A DNA stretch of 63,811 nucleotides, the filler included, from Globobulimina sp. (Eukaryota): assembly GCA_003354225.1 (NCBI GenBank). It is 51 parts of 51 records of this genome, joined end to end, with 100 filler letters (N's around TTAATTAATTAA, not from the genome) between each part and the next. Parts side by side here need not be neighbours in the genome. Positions count along the whole stretch, not along the records: positions 11,287 to 12,440 come from PIVH01022185.1; positions 12,541 to 13,694 come from PIVH01022186.1; positions 13,795 to 14,948 come from PIVH01022187.1; positions 15,049 to 16,202 come from PIVH01022188.1; positions 16,303 to 17,456 come from PIVH01022189.1; positions 17,557 to 18,710 come from PIVH01022190.1; positions 18,811 to 19,964 come from PIVH01022191.1; positions 20,065 to 21,218 come from PIVH01022192.1; 43 more parts are not named here. One strand, given 5' to 3'. How positions within the stretch are numbered: position 1 is the stretch's first letter; every line of letters begins with the position of its first letter. The notes below the pieces were generated by a model that was not told the origin of the DNA, made no database searches, and was given only the letters and a program-made list of their open reading frames with translations. Shown piece after piece: positions 12,133 to 24,118 of the stretch. Both the position numbers and the translations under genes were made by a program.

Positions 12133-12255
12133 TGTGTTTCTGTCTGTTGTGAATTGACTATGTGAAATTACGTTTTATCGTCAGATTTGAAACAGCTTTT
12201 TGTGCAGTAAGTACACGTGTATTATGATGACTAGTTGACTAGTTGACTTCGGTGG

Positions 12256-12342
12256 AAACATCAACCTGCTTAAACCTGCTTAAATACCTGCTGAAACATC
12301 AACCTGCTTAAATCACGGTTAATAGATTAAAACCTGCTTAAA
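12256..12342 (+). repeat. Cluster of about five ACCTGCT(T/G)AAA motifs
   Basis: Directly visible, upstream of the minus-strand surface protein gene. Confidence 0.8.
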
Positions 12343-13019
12343 TAAGTGATTCTGTTCATGGCTTGCATTAAACGCTCCGACAATCAATTAATAGGTACAG
12401 AAACGTTGCTCATCTCAAGTTTCAATCAATCATACACAAANNNNNNNNNNNNNNNNNNNNNNNNNNNNNNNNNNNNNNNNNNNNTTAATTAATTAANNNN
12501 NNNNNNNNNNNNNNNNNNNNNNNNNNNNNNNNNNNNNNNNTGAGTGAGTACAACTTTTTTGTTATGCACAATGACACAAAATGGGTTTCAGAACTGTTAT
12601 TAGAATACATTAAGCTATATCATATCCAAATTGTAGCTAGTTATTTTACTTTGAAATGAGTGTGAGGTGAGAACCCTGATATTAAGATTTTCTTGAAGTG
12701 AGCTAGTCATCAGATATGTGTTATTATGTTAAATAGTCATATTTAGTTAAAAAAACTTTGTTAAAGAGTGGAAATAAAATTTCAAATCCTCTATCCAACT
12801 CAGCATGACACTCATGTCAGCACTACTATGCATTGAAGATTTGGTGGATACATTCGAAGATGAAAAGCATCCATCATCAGACAGTGCAATCAGGTATAAA
12901 CTAAGCCAAACAAAATTATAAGATTGTTTAATATAAATATATAACAAATCAGATGCAAACAGTGGAGAGGAACGACATTTTATGCTCAGCCTGGTGATAA
13001 AATTGAAGATTACTCGTCA

Positions 13020-13694
13020 TTGCAAGTCCCAGCATCACAGTTTACGTACAATGGCGATCAACATACGCTTATTTGTGGTGAAGGGGATTTTTCATTCTCT
13101 GCAAGTTTAATCAAAAAACGTGGTGGTTCAGGAATTAATTTATGTACAACATCGTTGTTTTATTATAAATCTGAATGGTTTCATCGAATGCCAAGCTATA
13201 TTAAATATTCATTTGTAACAAATCTTAAATTTTGTGAAAAATCCAAATCGAAAATCTGTTTTGGTGTCGATGCAAAATCATTAAATTTAATGGAATATGA
13301 ATGGAACAATAAATTTGATCGTATCATATTTACATTTCCGCGAACATTCAATTATAAAAATACCAAAAAATGGGAAAAACTGGGATATGACCGGCATAAT
13401 CAAAGTTTAGTACGACAGATTTTGAAATCGACGAAAAATTATTTAAATGAAAACGGAGAAATCCATTTGATGTTATTTAAAGAGCAATTTTGGAATTGGG
13501 AAATTAAAAAAAGTCTAAATTCATTAGATCTTAAATTGTCGTATTGGACAGAATTAAATAAATCGTTATTAGCAATATATTTTAATGGATATACACCACG
13601 CGATGCATGGGGAAATATTATGCAATTACAAGATTATAACAATGGTCGCCAATATACAATTTATTATTGTAGCTTTGTTAAAAAAGCGATAAAA
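13020..13694 (+). CDS. DUF2431 / Bmt5-like 25S rRNA (uridine-N3) methyltransferase domain protein (partial; upstream exons likely)
   Basis: LICGEGDFSFSASL, FGVDA, FDRIIFTFP, NGEIHL, WEI, FNGYTP. Confidence 0.85.
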
Positions 13695-13795
13695 NNNNNN
13701 NNNNNNNNNNNNNNNNNNNNNNNNNNNNNNNNNNNNNNTTAATTAATTAANNNNNNNNNNNNNNNNNNNNNNNNNNNNNNNNNNNNNNNNNNNNA

Positions 13796-14395
13796 ATTAC
13801 TGACATTCTATCATCGGATGGAGTAACCAAAGTTTGTCACTCAACTGCTAGAGTTTGGTCATTTACATTCGAGCAAGAACAACAAAGGTTCAAAGTTGGA
13901 AAATCGACGACCTTACCGCCACTAGAATTCAGAGATAAACTTTACATGTACATGAGTCCACGTCTCAGTGAAAGATTAGGTTTTAAACTGCAAAAACCAA
14001 CAGATGAATATTATCGTTTCGCGTATAAAAAAGTAAGCGACCCTCAAAACCCACAACCATATATTGGAGAAAAACATCCAAACTTGCTGAAATATCTGCG
14101 CCGATTTTATCTGACAGGAGATTTTGTTCAATCAAGTATCCTGAATTCAAGTCAACTCTCAGTTGTGACAAGTTTCAACAACCCATATTATTTTAATTCA
14201 AAAGATGGGAGAGGAGAGTACGGTTTTGACGATCCAGTCGAAATTGACCGATCAAACACAAATCACTGGCTTAAATTTCTAAACTCTAGAATATGGAGAA
14301 TTTGCCTGGTAAATGAACTCATGCAAACAATGACAGTTATCAAAGATCACGATATTCATTTGAAATTTCGTTTCAAACCAGCACCAATATTTTAG
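13796..14395 (+). CDS. Putative Polinton/Maverick-like minor capsid (penton) protein, 5'-partial
   Basis: FTFEQEQQRFKV...MSPRLSERLGF, FYLTGDFVQSSILNS, FDDP, RICLVNE...IHLKFRF match the remembered penton pattern (LS..LA.ILGF; YVY.DIV...VGD; F..P; I.I.D..G; LHFR). Confidence 0.55.
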   Translation: MTDILSSDGVTKVCHSTARVWSFTFEQEQQRFKVGKSTTLPPLEFRDKLYMYMSPRLSERLGFKLQKPTDEYYRFAYKKVSDPQNPQPYIGEKHPNLLKYLRRFYLTGDFVQSSILNSSQLSVVTSFNNPYYFNSKDGRGEYGFDDPVEIDRSNTNHWLKFLNSRIWRICLVNELMQTMTVIKDHDIHLKFRFKPAPIF

Positions 14396-14444
14396 TTTGT
14401 TAAGTATAAATAGGTTCAAATTTTTATCATTGTTATTTTTCGTA

Positions 14445-14747
14445 ATGTCTGGACTGGTTGGTGCTGTCTCTGAAGTATATCAAGGTGATCGTGTAGATAC
14501 TGTACGTGGTCCTGCTGCGAATAAAATTGAACGAGAAATAGATCTTGCCAAGGAAATTCTTGAATCGGAAATCTTGGTAGCTCAACCACCATCACCACCA
14601 CCAAAGAAGAAGGAACGGCGTCCATCCAAAAAGGAGAACGTCCAAAAACAAAAGGGTGGAAAAGTTGTAAAGAAATCCCGCACCCTGTCAACTAAAAGGT
14701 CCGCAGCCAAACAAACTAAAAAGCGAGTTACAAATCGTCGAAAGTAA
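14445..14747 (+). CDS. Small Lys/Arg-rich putative viral core (DNA-binding) protein
   Basis: 100 aa, very basic C-terminal half, QKGGK motif; lies between putative penton and capsid genes. Confidence 0.45.
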   Translation: MSGLVGAVSEVYQGDRVDTVRGPAANKIEREIDLAKEILESEILVAQPPSPPPKKKERRPSKKENVQKQKGGKVVKKSRTLSTKRSAAKQTKKRVTNRRK

Positions 14748-14748
14748 A

Positions 14749-14948
14749 ATGTCTGAGGAATTTATCCCTGGTGGGGTACAATTCTCAAGGGAACTACCCG
14801 TTAACAATTCAATACTGGAAGAAATAGAAGAAGTTATACTTCCCACACAAGCAAATCAATGGAAAGGACAAATAGATTGTCATGTGCCCGCTAAAGATTT
14901 GTTTACATCGACAAAATTTTTGCTTCATTCTACTATTACTGTAAGAAA
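14749..14948 (+). CDS. Putative Polinton-like major capsid protein N-terminus, 3'-partial
   Basis: F.RELPVNNSILEE.EEVILP....KGQIDCHVP resembles the Polinton MCP start (F..PP.Q.SI.....Y.P.....PIEF.IP); begins 1 nt after the previous stop. Confidence 0.5.
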
Positions 14949-15048
14949 NNNNNNNNNNNNNNNNNNNNNNNNNNNNNNNNNNNNNNNNNNNNTTAATTAA
15001 TTAANNNNNNNNNNNNNNNNNNNNNNNNNNNNNNNNNNNNNNNNNNNN

Positions 15049-15366
15049 GTCGTACCAGATTCGCAACGTCGCGTAGATCGCGATCGTCGCGCTGACAGCG
15101 GCCGGCACATGGTTGTTGAGCGTCACCGCAAACGCCGTCAAGAATGTCCCCAGCGTCACGCACGCCATCACGAACACCCGCCCCATGTCCGTCTTGCCGT
15201 ATCGCTCCACCATGGCAGCGAGCAGCAGGAACATAATCACCAGCGGTACGACGTTCGAGAGGATCAACATCACGCGAACGATGTAGAACGAGTTCTTCTC
15301 GAAGTTCGCGCCCATGACATTTCGAAGGACCCAATACTCGCCGGCCAGTATCGTCGGCAACATCAA
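15049..15366 (-). CDS. GC-rich bacterial (planctomycete-like) membrane protein fragment
   Basis: LPTILAGEYW...ERYGKTDMGRVFV...GTFLTAFAVTLNNHVPAA...RIWYD; G/C-ending codons, unlike the rest of the contig. Confidence 0.7.
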
Positions 15367-16093
15367 TTCCAGTGCGGCCTAAAATGCCATGACTATAATT
15401 TAATATCGGTGCTGAGGACGTACTCCGGTCAGGGGGTCTGTTGTGATGCAAATGAGTAAGAGAATGCGTAGAAAGAGCGTGAGAGGGCATGGTAGCCGGT
15501 TTATTCCTGTCTAGAACGCCACGATTCCGGTGTAATAACGGCTTACTGCTCCGCGAGAACGCCCGAATGTTGTTAGGATTCGGATGCTTAATGGTATTCA
15601 AAAGAGCGTTATTTTCCAGCTGGAGTTTAATCAAATCTTTCGACGCGAGCTTCAGCCGACATTTCTTATAAAATTTCGATGACGATTTTACATCGAAGAA
15701 ATGAACTAATTCCATACATTTTAATTCTGCCATACCCGCAACATAATTAAAATGGTCAATATTGAGACGTGCTGCTCGCAAATGGTGCCAATATAATTCT
15801 GCCAAGCTAAAATATACATTAATGGCGTTCTTTAATTCTAATGCTGTCACTTTGGTTAATCTTCTTGTTGTATCACACAAAATGTAATAAAACTTCTTCC
15901 GTAAATTATTATTGTTGATTAAAACAGGTCGGCAATGTTGCCGTAACTGAAAAGTGTCTAAAAACTGATTTTTAAACAGATACATATTGTTAATATGATG
16001 CGAATATTGTAATATCTTCTTGCAGCAAAATCGATATTGGCGGTAAATTAACGCGGTGGGGCAGGGTCCTCCATGAACGATAACAATGATCAA
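15367..16093 (-). CDS. AT-rich hypothetical ORF (possibly retroelement-derived), truncated at the junction with the GC-rich segment
   Basis: About 240 open codons, basic, intronless. Confidence 0.35.
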
Positions 16094-16302
16094 AAGATCT
16101 GCAATTTACTAATTCTTTTTGAAATATCTTCATAGTATTAGTTTTAATGTGTCGTTTCATGATGCCGCGATATAACCAAATCTAAAGAGCGTTGCCAAAT
16201 TCNNNNNNNNNNNNNNNNNNNNNNNNNNNNNNNNNNNNNNNNNNNNTTAATTAATTAANNNNNNNNNNNNNNNNNNNNNNNNNNNNNNNNNNNNNNNNNN
16301 NN

Positions 16303-17456
16303 TTAAATGTTCTTGCCTCTTTCATACAAACAAGATTCACAAAAGTCATAGCCAAAAAAGCCGAGTCGAATTGGGTTGCTCAACCAATCGGAGTTCCACA
16401 AGGATCCGCATTATCCCCTATACTATATATAATTTTTACAAATGATTTCCTTCTCAAATATCCAAATTTCGTCCATTTTGCATGCTTTGCAGATGACACT
16501 GCATTCTGGACCAGCCCAGGCACAAAGGATCCAATCCGCTACAAATTCCTCCAAAAAGAACTAAATAACTTCGGAGATTGGTGCGAGAAGTGGCAGCTAC
16601 TCATAAATCCATCAAAGTGCCTTTCAATGAATTTCTCGCACGTCAAACCTATAAAATATTATCCTAAATATAAAGAGCAAATTGACCAAAATTCCAATAA
16701 AAAAATCCAAATAAGTAAATATAATATAAATTCTATTCCAATTCATTACGCGAAGTCAGCCAGATACCTTGGACTATGGTTTGACGATAGACTGAATTTC
16801 CATGCCCATTTTGCGAGAATAAAAGCCAAATCCATGCGTAGTTACTGGCGGCTATATTTTACTATGAAATCAGGCATTAAGTTGACTCCAATGTCCATTG
16901 CAATTTTATATAAATCCTTAGCTCGCTCCAGAATGGAATATGGATTGACCCATTACTTCCCCTACGATTCCAACAAAATGCTAAAAATACTGCAAAATAA
17001 GTTCCTCCGACTGGCTATTCCATGCCGCTTAGATTCACCAATGGATATAATCCAATTCCTCCTAAAAATAGAGCCGATATCCCATAGAGCCCACTACCTA
17101 ACAATGAGACAGCTGGCGAGGGTTTATTATAATAATGAATACCATCCACTTAATAAAACCTATAAAGCACTGCAAAATTACAAACAAACTATAAATTCAC
17201 ATCAATATAGAAAACAGAACAAAAACAAACAAAATAAATTCTCAAACCTAAGAAAAAACCCATTAGAAATTGCGACCAAATATTGCCAGAACAACGACGC
17301 CATAAAAGCTTTGACACAAAATTTCAACAAAATGAATAAAATACAAATAACTTCCTCTCCTACATACAACTTAAAAATACTCCCATCGAACTTTGAAGTA
17401 TTATTATCACCACAAAATCCCACAAATTCTGTAGATCCAAGAATAGCGATTGCATT
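16303..17456 (+). mobile_element. Non-LTR retrotransposon reverse transcriptase (domains 4-7 and thumb), partial
   Basis: GVPQGSALSP.LY...ND, FADD, W...INPSK, RYLGLWFDDRLNF..H, LYKSL.RSRMEYG, QNKFLR; frame open from 16303. Confidence 0.95.
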
Positions 17457-17556
17457 NNNNNNNNNNNNNNNNNNNNNNNNNNNNNNNNNNNNNNNNNNNN
17501 TTAATTAATTAANNNNNNNNNNNNNNNNNNNNNNNNNNNNNNNNNNNNNNNNNNNN

Positions 17557-18533
17557 ATGAAAACGAAAAGGATAATTTGTATATTTTTGATATCTTTTTT
17601 ATTGTGGATGCTTTGTTTTTATTATCAAAAGAATATTCATCTATCATTTGTTGAAAAGATTTGTTATTGAACCAAACAAACGAGCTGCAACAACCAAATA
17701 AACTGATAATTATTGAAGATATGGAATCGAGATATATAGCTTGTAATATTTGTATCAGTTTCGTTGCTGTACAGTTTATGGTAATGACTGAAACACGGAG
17801 GGGTCCATAACATGATATAAACTGCAAAATATAATATAAATGCGCTTAGAGAGGAATTCCTGTGATAATAAATGTAGAAAATGAACATAAACGCAACGAG
17901 TATAACCAATGAAGTCAAATAAATGAAAGCTATGCTCCAATATTTATTATGGAGCCAACAGAAATCATTTAACACAACAAATGGAACAACAGATAGTAAA
18001 AACGCCGTTGACCACACAATGATATGATGTATTTTGATGGTTGCAGCGGATAATAATAATTCCAAGTGGCTCTTTTCGACATTGGATGTTGCTGAAAATC
18101 TAGCATTGGATGACTGTGACAGCAGTAATAGGTTTTGACCATCAGATATTTGTTTGACGTTTGTTTTTATGTTGGTTTGATTTTTCAATTTTGTCAACAA
18201 ACAATATATTATCATTACAAGCCATAACGACGAAGAGCATGATGACAATTGCAACATAATCGAGATGGAGATACATTTAATATTACTGTTGTTGGTGGCT
18301 GTGTTGTCAAGTAATTCAAATCCAAAATATAATGTCAGTGATAATGAAAATAATAAGTCTGACAAACATTGGTAAAATACGTAAGTTTGAAACAGAATGT
18401 ACTGGTTCTTTTGTTTGTTGTCATGTTTGGAAATCAACTTTAGAATCACAAGTATTGTAGCAATCAATGCAAACAGAAATAATGATGATAAGATACTCAG
18501 ACAAAAGCAGAAAGTTAATACTTCCGAATGCAT
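17557..18533 (-). CDS. 7TM GPCR (cAMP-receptor-like/Git3-type) with apparent frameshift at about 17800
   Basis: Seven hydrophobic segments, YQCLSDLL, SSSLW, VYIMLWTP; TM7 (IIISLFGCCSSFVW) lies in a different frame. Confidence 0.65.
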
Positions 18534-18810
18534 TGTTCGGATGCAACAACGTATGAATTACTGAAACAAATAGTAAGTTGGTGTGACATGATGAGATGGG
18601 GACATGGTCGTCAATTGTAGTAACAAAAAAACTTTAATATAAAATCAAAAACAGTAAACATTTTGTCAATGATTATCAGAGTCTGATTCAAAACTTGTCG
18701 CTTCATAAATNNNNNNNNNNNNNNNNNNNNNNNNNNNNNNNNNNNNNNNNNNNNTTAATTAATTAANNNNNNNNNNNNNNNNNNNNNNNNNNNNNNNNNN
18801 NNNNNNNNNN

Positions 18811-19500
18811 GGGTAACTTGGCGATGCCAGAAACCGAATAAGTGCACACGAACGACGTACAGCAACCCGTTAAATGGAATGAGTCAGTAATCTCTACGAA
18901 GTCGAGAACAATGTAATATAGCTCACTCAGCAGACTACTACACTAGATTGCATGATTGAAAGGTGTACCTTAATGAGACCAAAAAGAGTGGTTTCTTTAC
19001 CAAATAACTGAGCCAAAATGATAAGAATAAATTGAGGAGCAGTTCACGACTTGATAACAGAATTAACCAACAATAATAAATGTATCAGAATAAAAAGTAA
19101 TAAAATACAGTTTGATGAGCAGCAGCATAAGATGACGATAATGATATGCAAATTTCTTATTCCATAATGAATTTGCAGATGGTCGTAAGGAAGACTTTGC
19201 GTCGCATTAATTAGCATCTACTTTGTCGATGGTTTGAACAGCTACCGTAGTATAATCATTTTGCCTTGGCATCTATCCTGAGCGTCTTATGGTGGTATTT
19301 GAAGGACTTGATTTTACGGACCAACGCCGACCTTGACTATACAATTGTAGTGTCGAGTTGACGCAGAACGAACTTGTTTGGCTGCGTTGAATGATTTAAT
19401 GCGACTAGCATTATAAGCTTCCCTTCTCCTCCTCTCGACTTTTGAGTGGTTGCCATCCTTCTGGATTAGAAATGGTGCTCAACAACCTGTAAATAGTTTT
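18811..19500 (+). pseudogene. Possible highly decayed BEL/Pao-type LTR retroelement remnant
   Basis: Stop-riddled frames containing YSSLSRLL..IA and PERL..FEGLDF; very weak. Confidence 0.2.
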
Positions 19501-20321
19501 GATTTAACCTAATTCATGATGATAGATAAAGAAAACAAACTTAACCACCATATATGTTACCATCTTACTGGTTATTGTTGTCTTAAAGAGACTAATTAAA
19601 TATACTATAAGCAAAAGACTATTGGTACTATAAGTTGGTAGCTTGATCCGATACAATTTACCAATTGATGGTTTCGGAGATGTTGATCCAAATGCTCTTA
19701 CGTCGTTGTTGTGCATAACTTACCCCTAAGCTTACCACTTATTAAAAGCTTGAACATGCAAGAATTTAGAAAACATGCAAAAACATGCAAAAAAACACGA
19801 AAAAACAATTATTTCATACATACATTATAAAAAGTAAAAACTGGAATTACTAATTACAGATCCATTTCCCTCCCATATAAATGAAGGTTGCAGGACCTCC
19901 TAAACAACAAACAATTTTGCAAGTGAGACTAAAATAAACTTGCATGCTTTAGGAGCACAGAATANNNNNNNNNNNNNNNNNNNNNNNNNNNNNNNNNNNN
20001 NNNNNNNNTTAATTAATTAANNNNNNNNNNNNNNNNNNNNNNNNNNNNNNNNNNNNNNNNNNNNCAGGATTTCGTTGAAGCACCGCCAGATTAAGGGAGA
20101 TGTTTGCATTTAAATAGAAGCGATATCAAATTAAATATTTATACAACACTCAAAATGCAGTCTTGTCACATTCGAAAAGTTGCAGTTTCAGGATAACAGT
20201 CATCATCTCTTGGATAATTGGATATTTTTTAGCTGGTATTGGTAGATTCTGTCTTCAGATTTAGATATTCTGTTATTTTTGAGATATTTTTTTAATGTAA
20301 TTATCTATAAATATATTTTTT

Positions 20322-21086
20322 CTATCTTCTTAACTCAAGTTTTGTTTTTTCTATCTGCTTTTGAATGGCATCTAACTGCTTTTCATGTGACTTTGCTTCC
20401 TGATTATTATCTGAATATTTTATTGTATCAGTTTCGATTTGTTCAACTGTTTTTTCTTCATTTTCAATGTGTACCATTTCGGAATTTGGTTCAATTTCTG
20501 CAATTTCCGATGATTGTTGTTCATTATTTGTTGAATATTGGTAAGTGCGGGTTTTATTAAAATAATCATGATATACAACAAAATTACAATTTTGCGGTGT
20601 AAACGATTTTAATCCATAATATTTATTCAAAAAATTCAATAATTTTGATGAAGGCGCGTCGTATGCAATAGATCGTGGTTCAATGTCCTGGCGTTTTAGC
20701 ATAAAATTAAATAATAATTGCCCCATTCCTTTCCTTTGATGTGTTTCATGAATATAAAAATCTAAAATACACAAAGGTGTCATTTCTATGTATTGCTGGT
20801 GTAGATCATGTATAAATAATTTTTTATATCCAATTTTTAATATTCCTATGGCCATTCTACCACTACGGATCATATAAAGTGTGTGATTTGTCCCTTGTAA
20901 TAAATATGAGGCAGTAACCGGTTGTCCTAATCCTTGTGCCTTACACGATGCTCTTCCCATTTTATCAATCACTTTTGAAAATTTTTGCAAATCTGACACA
21001 GATAATTGTTTCTGAAATTCACCGTTCCACACAGAAATACCATTTGAGTCACAATTTAGAAATTCTAAATCAAAAGGAAATTCCAT
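20322..21086 (-). CDS. ATAT1: Alpha-tubulin N-acetyltransferase (MEC-17/ATAT1)
   Basis: IDKMGRAS.KAQGL..PVT, GILKIGYKKLF, PLCILDFYIHETHQRKGMG, AYD.PSSKLLNFL.KYY, PQN.NFVVY. Confidence 0.95.
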   Translation of the reverse strand: MEFPFDLEFLNCDSNGISVWNGEFQKQLSVSDLQKFSKVIDKMGRASCKAQGLGQPVTASYLLQGTNHTLYMIRSGRMAIGILKIGYKKLFIHDLHQQYIEMTPLCILDFYIHETHQRKGMGQLLFNFMLKRQDIEPRSIAYDAPSSKLLNFLNKYYGLKSFTPQNCNFVVYHDYFNKTRTYQYSTNNEQQSSEIAEIEPNSEMVHIENEEKTVEQIETDTIKYSDNNQEAKSHEKQLDAIQKQIEKTKLELRR

Positions 21087-21877
21087 TAGCAGTCTTAGAT
21101 AACGACTAGCTAGATCTAGATGTTTAGGTGCAAAAAAACTTTTTTTGGTATTACTATTTTCGAAACGGTTTGGTTTTTTTAAATGTGTTTTTTGTCAAAT
21201 CGTGAAAACTTTTAATTTNNNNNNNNNNNNNNNNNNNNNNNNNNNNNNNNNNNNNNNNNNNNTTAATTAATTAANNNNNNNNNNNNNNNNNNNNNNNNNN
21301 NNNNNNNNNNNNNNNNNNCTTTCATGATCATCCAAATTCCAATCATTCCAAACATACCAACTATAATCGAAACTGTAAAAATCCCTCCGTGCATTGTGAG
21401 TTCAATCACTTCACTTCAAAAAAGGTTTTGAGATACATTTACTAGCTTCAATTTAGTAGTGAATCTACTGACTGTAATGTTCACAAATATCAATTGTGAA
21501 AAGGGTAATTTATTTATGCTCCCAAATGAACGACAGTCAAAAAAAAAATAAAGTTATAAAACAAGCGCATCAATGTCATCATAAAAAAAAGAAAAAAACA
21601 AAGAAAAAATCAATTCATTGTTTAAACGTTTGTTTGTGGTAAGTTTTGTGTGTACGATCCCTTTTTCCTTCTCAGTATACACAATGTACTTTTTATTTAT
21701 TTAATTTCTGTATTCATCAACTTTACATTTATACCATTACGAAATGTGTATTATTCCAGAATTTATATCAAATTAAATTAACCAATCCAATTACAACAGG
21801 AATTTAACCGATTAAATTATCCTCAATATAAACAAAAGCATCATACACGATTTTACATACTTTAAATAATGATATTT

Positions 21878-22472
21878 TTATTTTTTGTCATTCGCTTCAA
21901 CATTTTCATTCTTTGCATTAATATTATTAATATCTTTATGTTTACGTTTATTTTTTTTTTTATGTTTCTTACTCATTTCATTCAATTTCGCAAATTTCGC
22001 ATTCATACTATTCATTTGAGACACAATATCCTGAATTTGCGGATCCTGCGTCAATCCCAACGACGCAAACTGCAGCGACAAGTCACCCGCACTGCCCTGA
22101 GACTGCTTGTTCTCATTCAACTGATTCGAGCGAATAGCATCAATCTGCGACGCAGTGATTATCTCCAAATCGCTACTCCCGGTCATCCCCGCTTTCTCCT
22201 CCGATTTGCCACTCCCATCACCCACATAGCTCTCCTGGCTCTCCTCCATCGCCATAGCCATCTTATCCTCGCCACCCGGCGTCTTACTCACCGTCTCCTC
22301 CTTAACTTCGTCAATCTCGACCACCGACGCACTGTCACCATCATTAGACTCCGGCGTCTGTGGGATCAGCGAGTCCGCCGCATTCGACACATTCGACGCA
22401 ATGTCAGACTGCGATATAATCCCTGGATACGCATAATTATTCAACTGTGCCGCTGCATATAATGGCGGCGGA
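21878..22472 (-). CDS. Low-complexity acidic hypothetical protein C-terminus
   Basis: Open frame with GC-richer coding composition followed by AT-rich 3' flank. Confidence 0.55.
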
Positions 22473-24118
22473 NNNNNNNNNNNNNNNNNNNNNNNNNNNN
22501 NNNNNNNNNNNNNNNNTTAATTAATTAANNNNNNNNNNNNNNNNNNNNNNNNNNNNNNNNNNNNNNNNNNNNACAAAAAATAAAAAAAAATAAAAAATGA
22601 AATCATATATATAGTCATTGGACGTCGTATGGAGGCTATTACAATGGATAAAAACTGGAATTTATTATTATATAATTATGAATATTTATTATTGATATTG
22701 ATATTCAAGGTTTTTGATACGATTATTATGGTTCAAAGCAGAATTATAATCAAACAAACTGTCCTCGGCAACTATGACTGTGAGGAATTACAATTTTATT
22801 GGCGACAGTACAGCGCAAATAAGATCACCATAAAAGGGGCAGTTCCCATCCATCAAAAACTCTGTTAAACGACACACAAAATAAGCATATAAATCGTACC
22901 ATGCACTCACAATATGTCATGCAATTTGCACTCACAATATTGAATATAAAAACGACCATTTATCATTGCCATGGAGTGACAATGAATGCGATATGACTGA
23001 GCAATCTGTGAATAATATAGATAATATCCATATATGTGGCGCCTCTAAAATGGATAAATATGATATGAATCGACTAATTATCGCAGATTTAACGCAATAT
23101 AATTTCATTACAAATGCAGCGCATCCGTTGCCTACACCGCCTCCCATTGAAAAAATGCATAAATATAAAAATAAATCGTCCATAGAGCTGTCACCGGCGA
23201 TAGAATTCGCGTAGTTTGGCATTGTTGAAATTAAATCAAATGCTTCAAAGACGTAATAATAGATCGCATATGATATGTATTGAGGATTTAAGTCAAAACA
23301 TGATAAATAACAATGCATTGCAGACTGCGTCAAATACCACGTGCAACTCCACCAATTCTATGAACTCAATGACCATTAATAAGGTGAATGAGGAGGAAGG
23401 ACATCATCATCGCATACCGGTATCTCATATGTGAATATATTGAATACATTGAATGCGCTGAGTGTTAAATGTAGGAATGAATATCAATGGTTATGCGTTG
23501 GATCCAAGTGCGAGTATACCGCAACAACAATGTAATGCAAATAATAATACGTTTTCATTGTTGCGGAACTTTAATAATTCAAAATCAACGCAGAATTATA
23601 TGTCAAAATGTTTATTTTATTTTATTAAATATTATTATGGTTATTTCCATTATTTGTGGCATACGGAGTCTAATTTATTGTGATGATGGCTTAAGGAAAG
23701 CATCTATTTAAAGAAGATTTGGGTTANNNNNNNNNNNNNNNNNNNNNNNNNNNNNNNNNNNNNNNNNNNNTTAATTAATTAANNNNNNNNNNNNNNNNNN
23801 NNNNNNNNNNNNNNNNNNNNNNNNNNGATGACCTCTCCATAGGTTTTAAAATTTTTCTAAAACGCCTTGTTTCAAACAGGTCATATTCTAAAGTATACAT
23901 TCTTTCTTTTGAAACATAAGAGGAAGTGACCACCATCTTCCGTGTGTGCGAGGATAATATATACAGTATTCTAAAGTGTTTAAATTGTCAAATGAATTAA
24001 TAAATGCAATAATTTCACAATAAGCAAAAAAAAAATTGCAAAGGAAACAGTTGAGACTTATATCTCTCTCATTCTGTTTGTAATAAATATGCAATTTGCA
24101 CGTTTGAATAGTAGGTGT

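Noticed and set aside
14993-16093. 366-aa ORF as one real protein
   Set aside because: Its last third is an off-frame read of the GC-rich bacterial fragment
21869-22462. 197-aa plus-strand ORF
   Set aside because: Antisense shadow of the minus-strand acidic protein; the same applies to many short overlapping ORFs in the track
22629-23711. Cluster of short plus-strand ORFs as separate genes
   Set aside because: Broken frames with no recognisable domain; probably a decayed or intron-split gene
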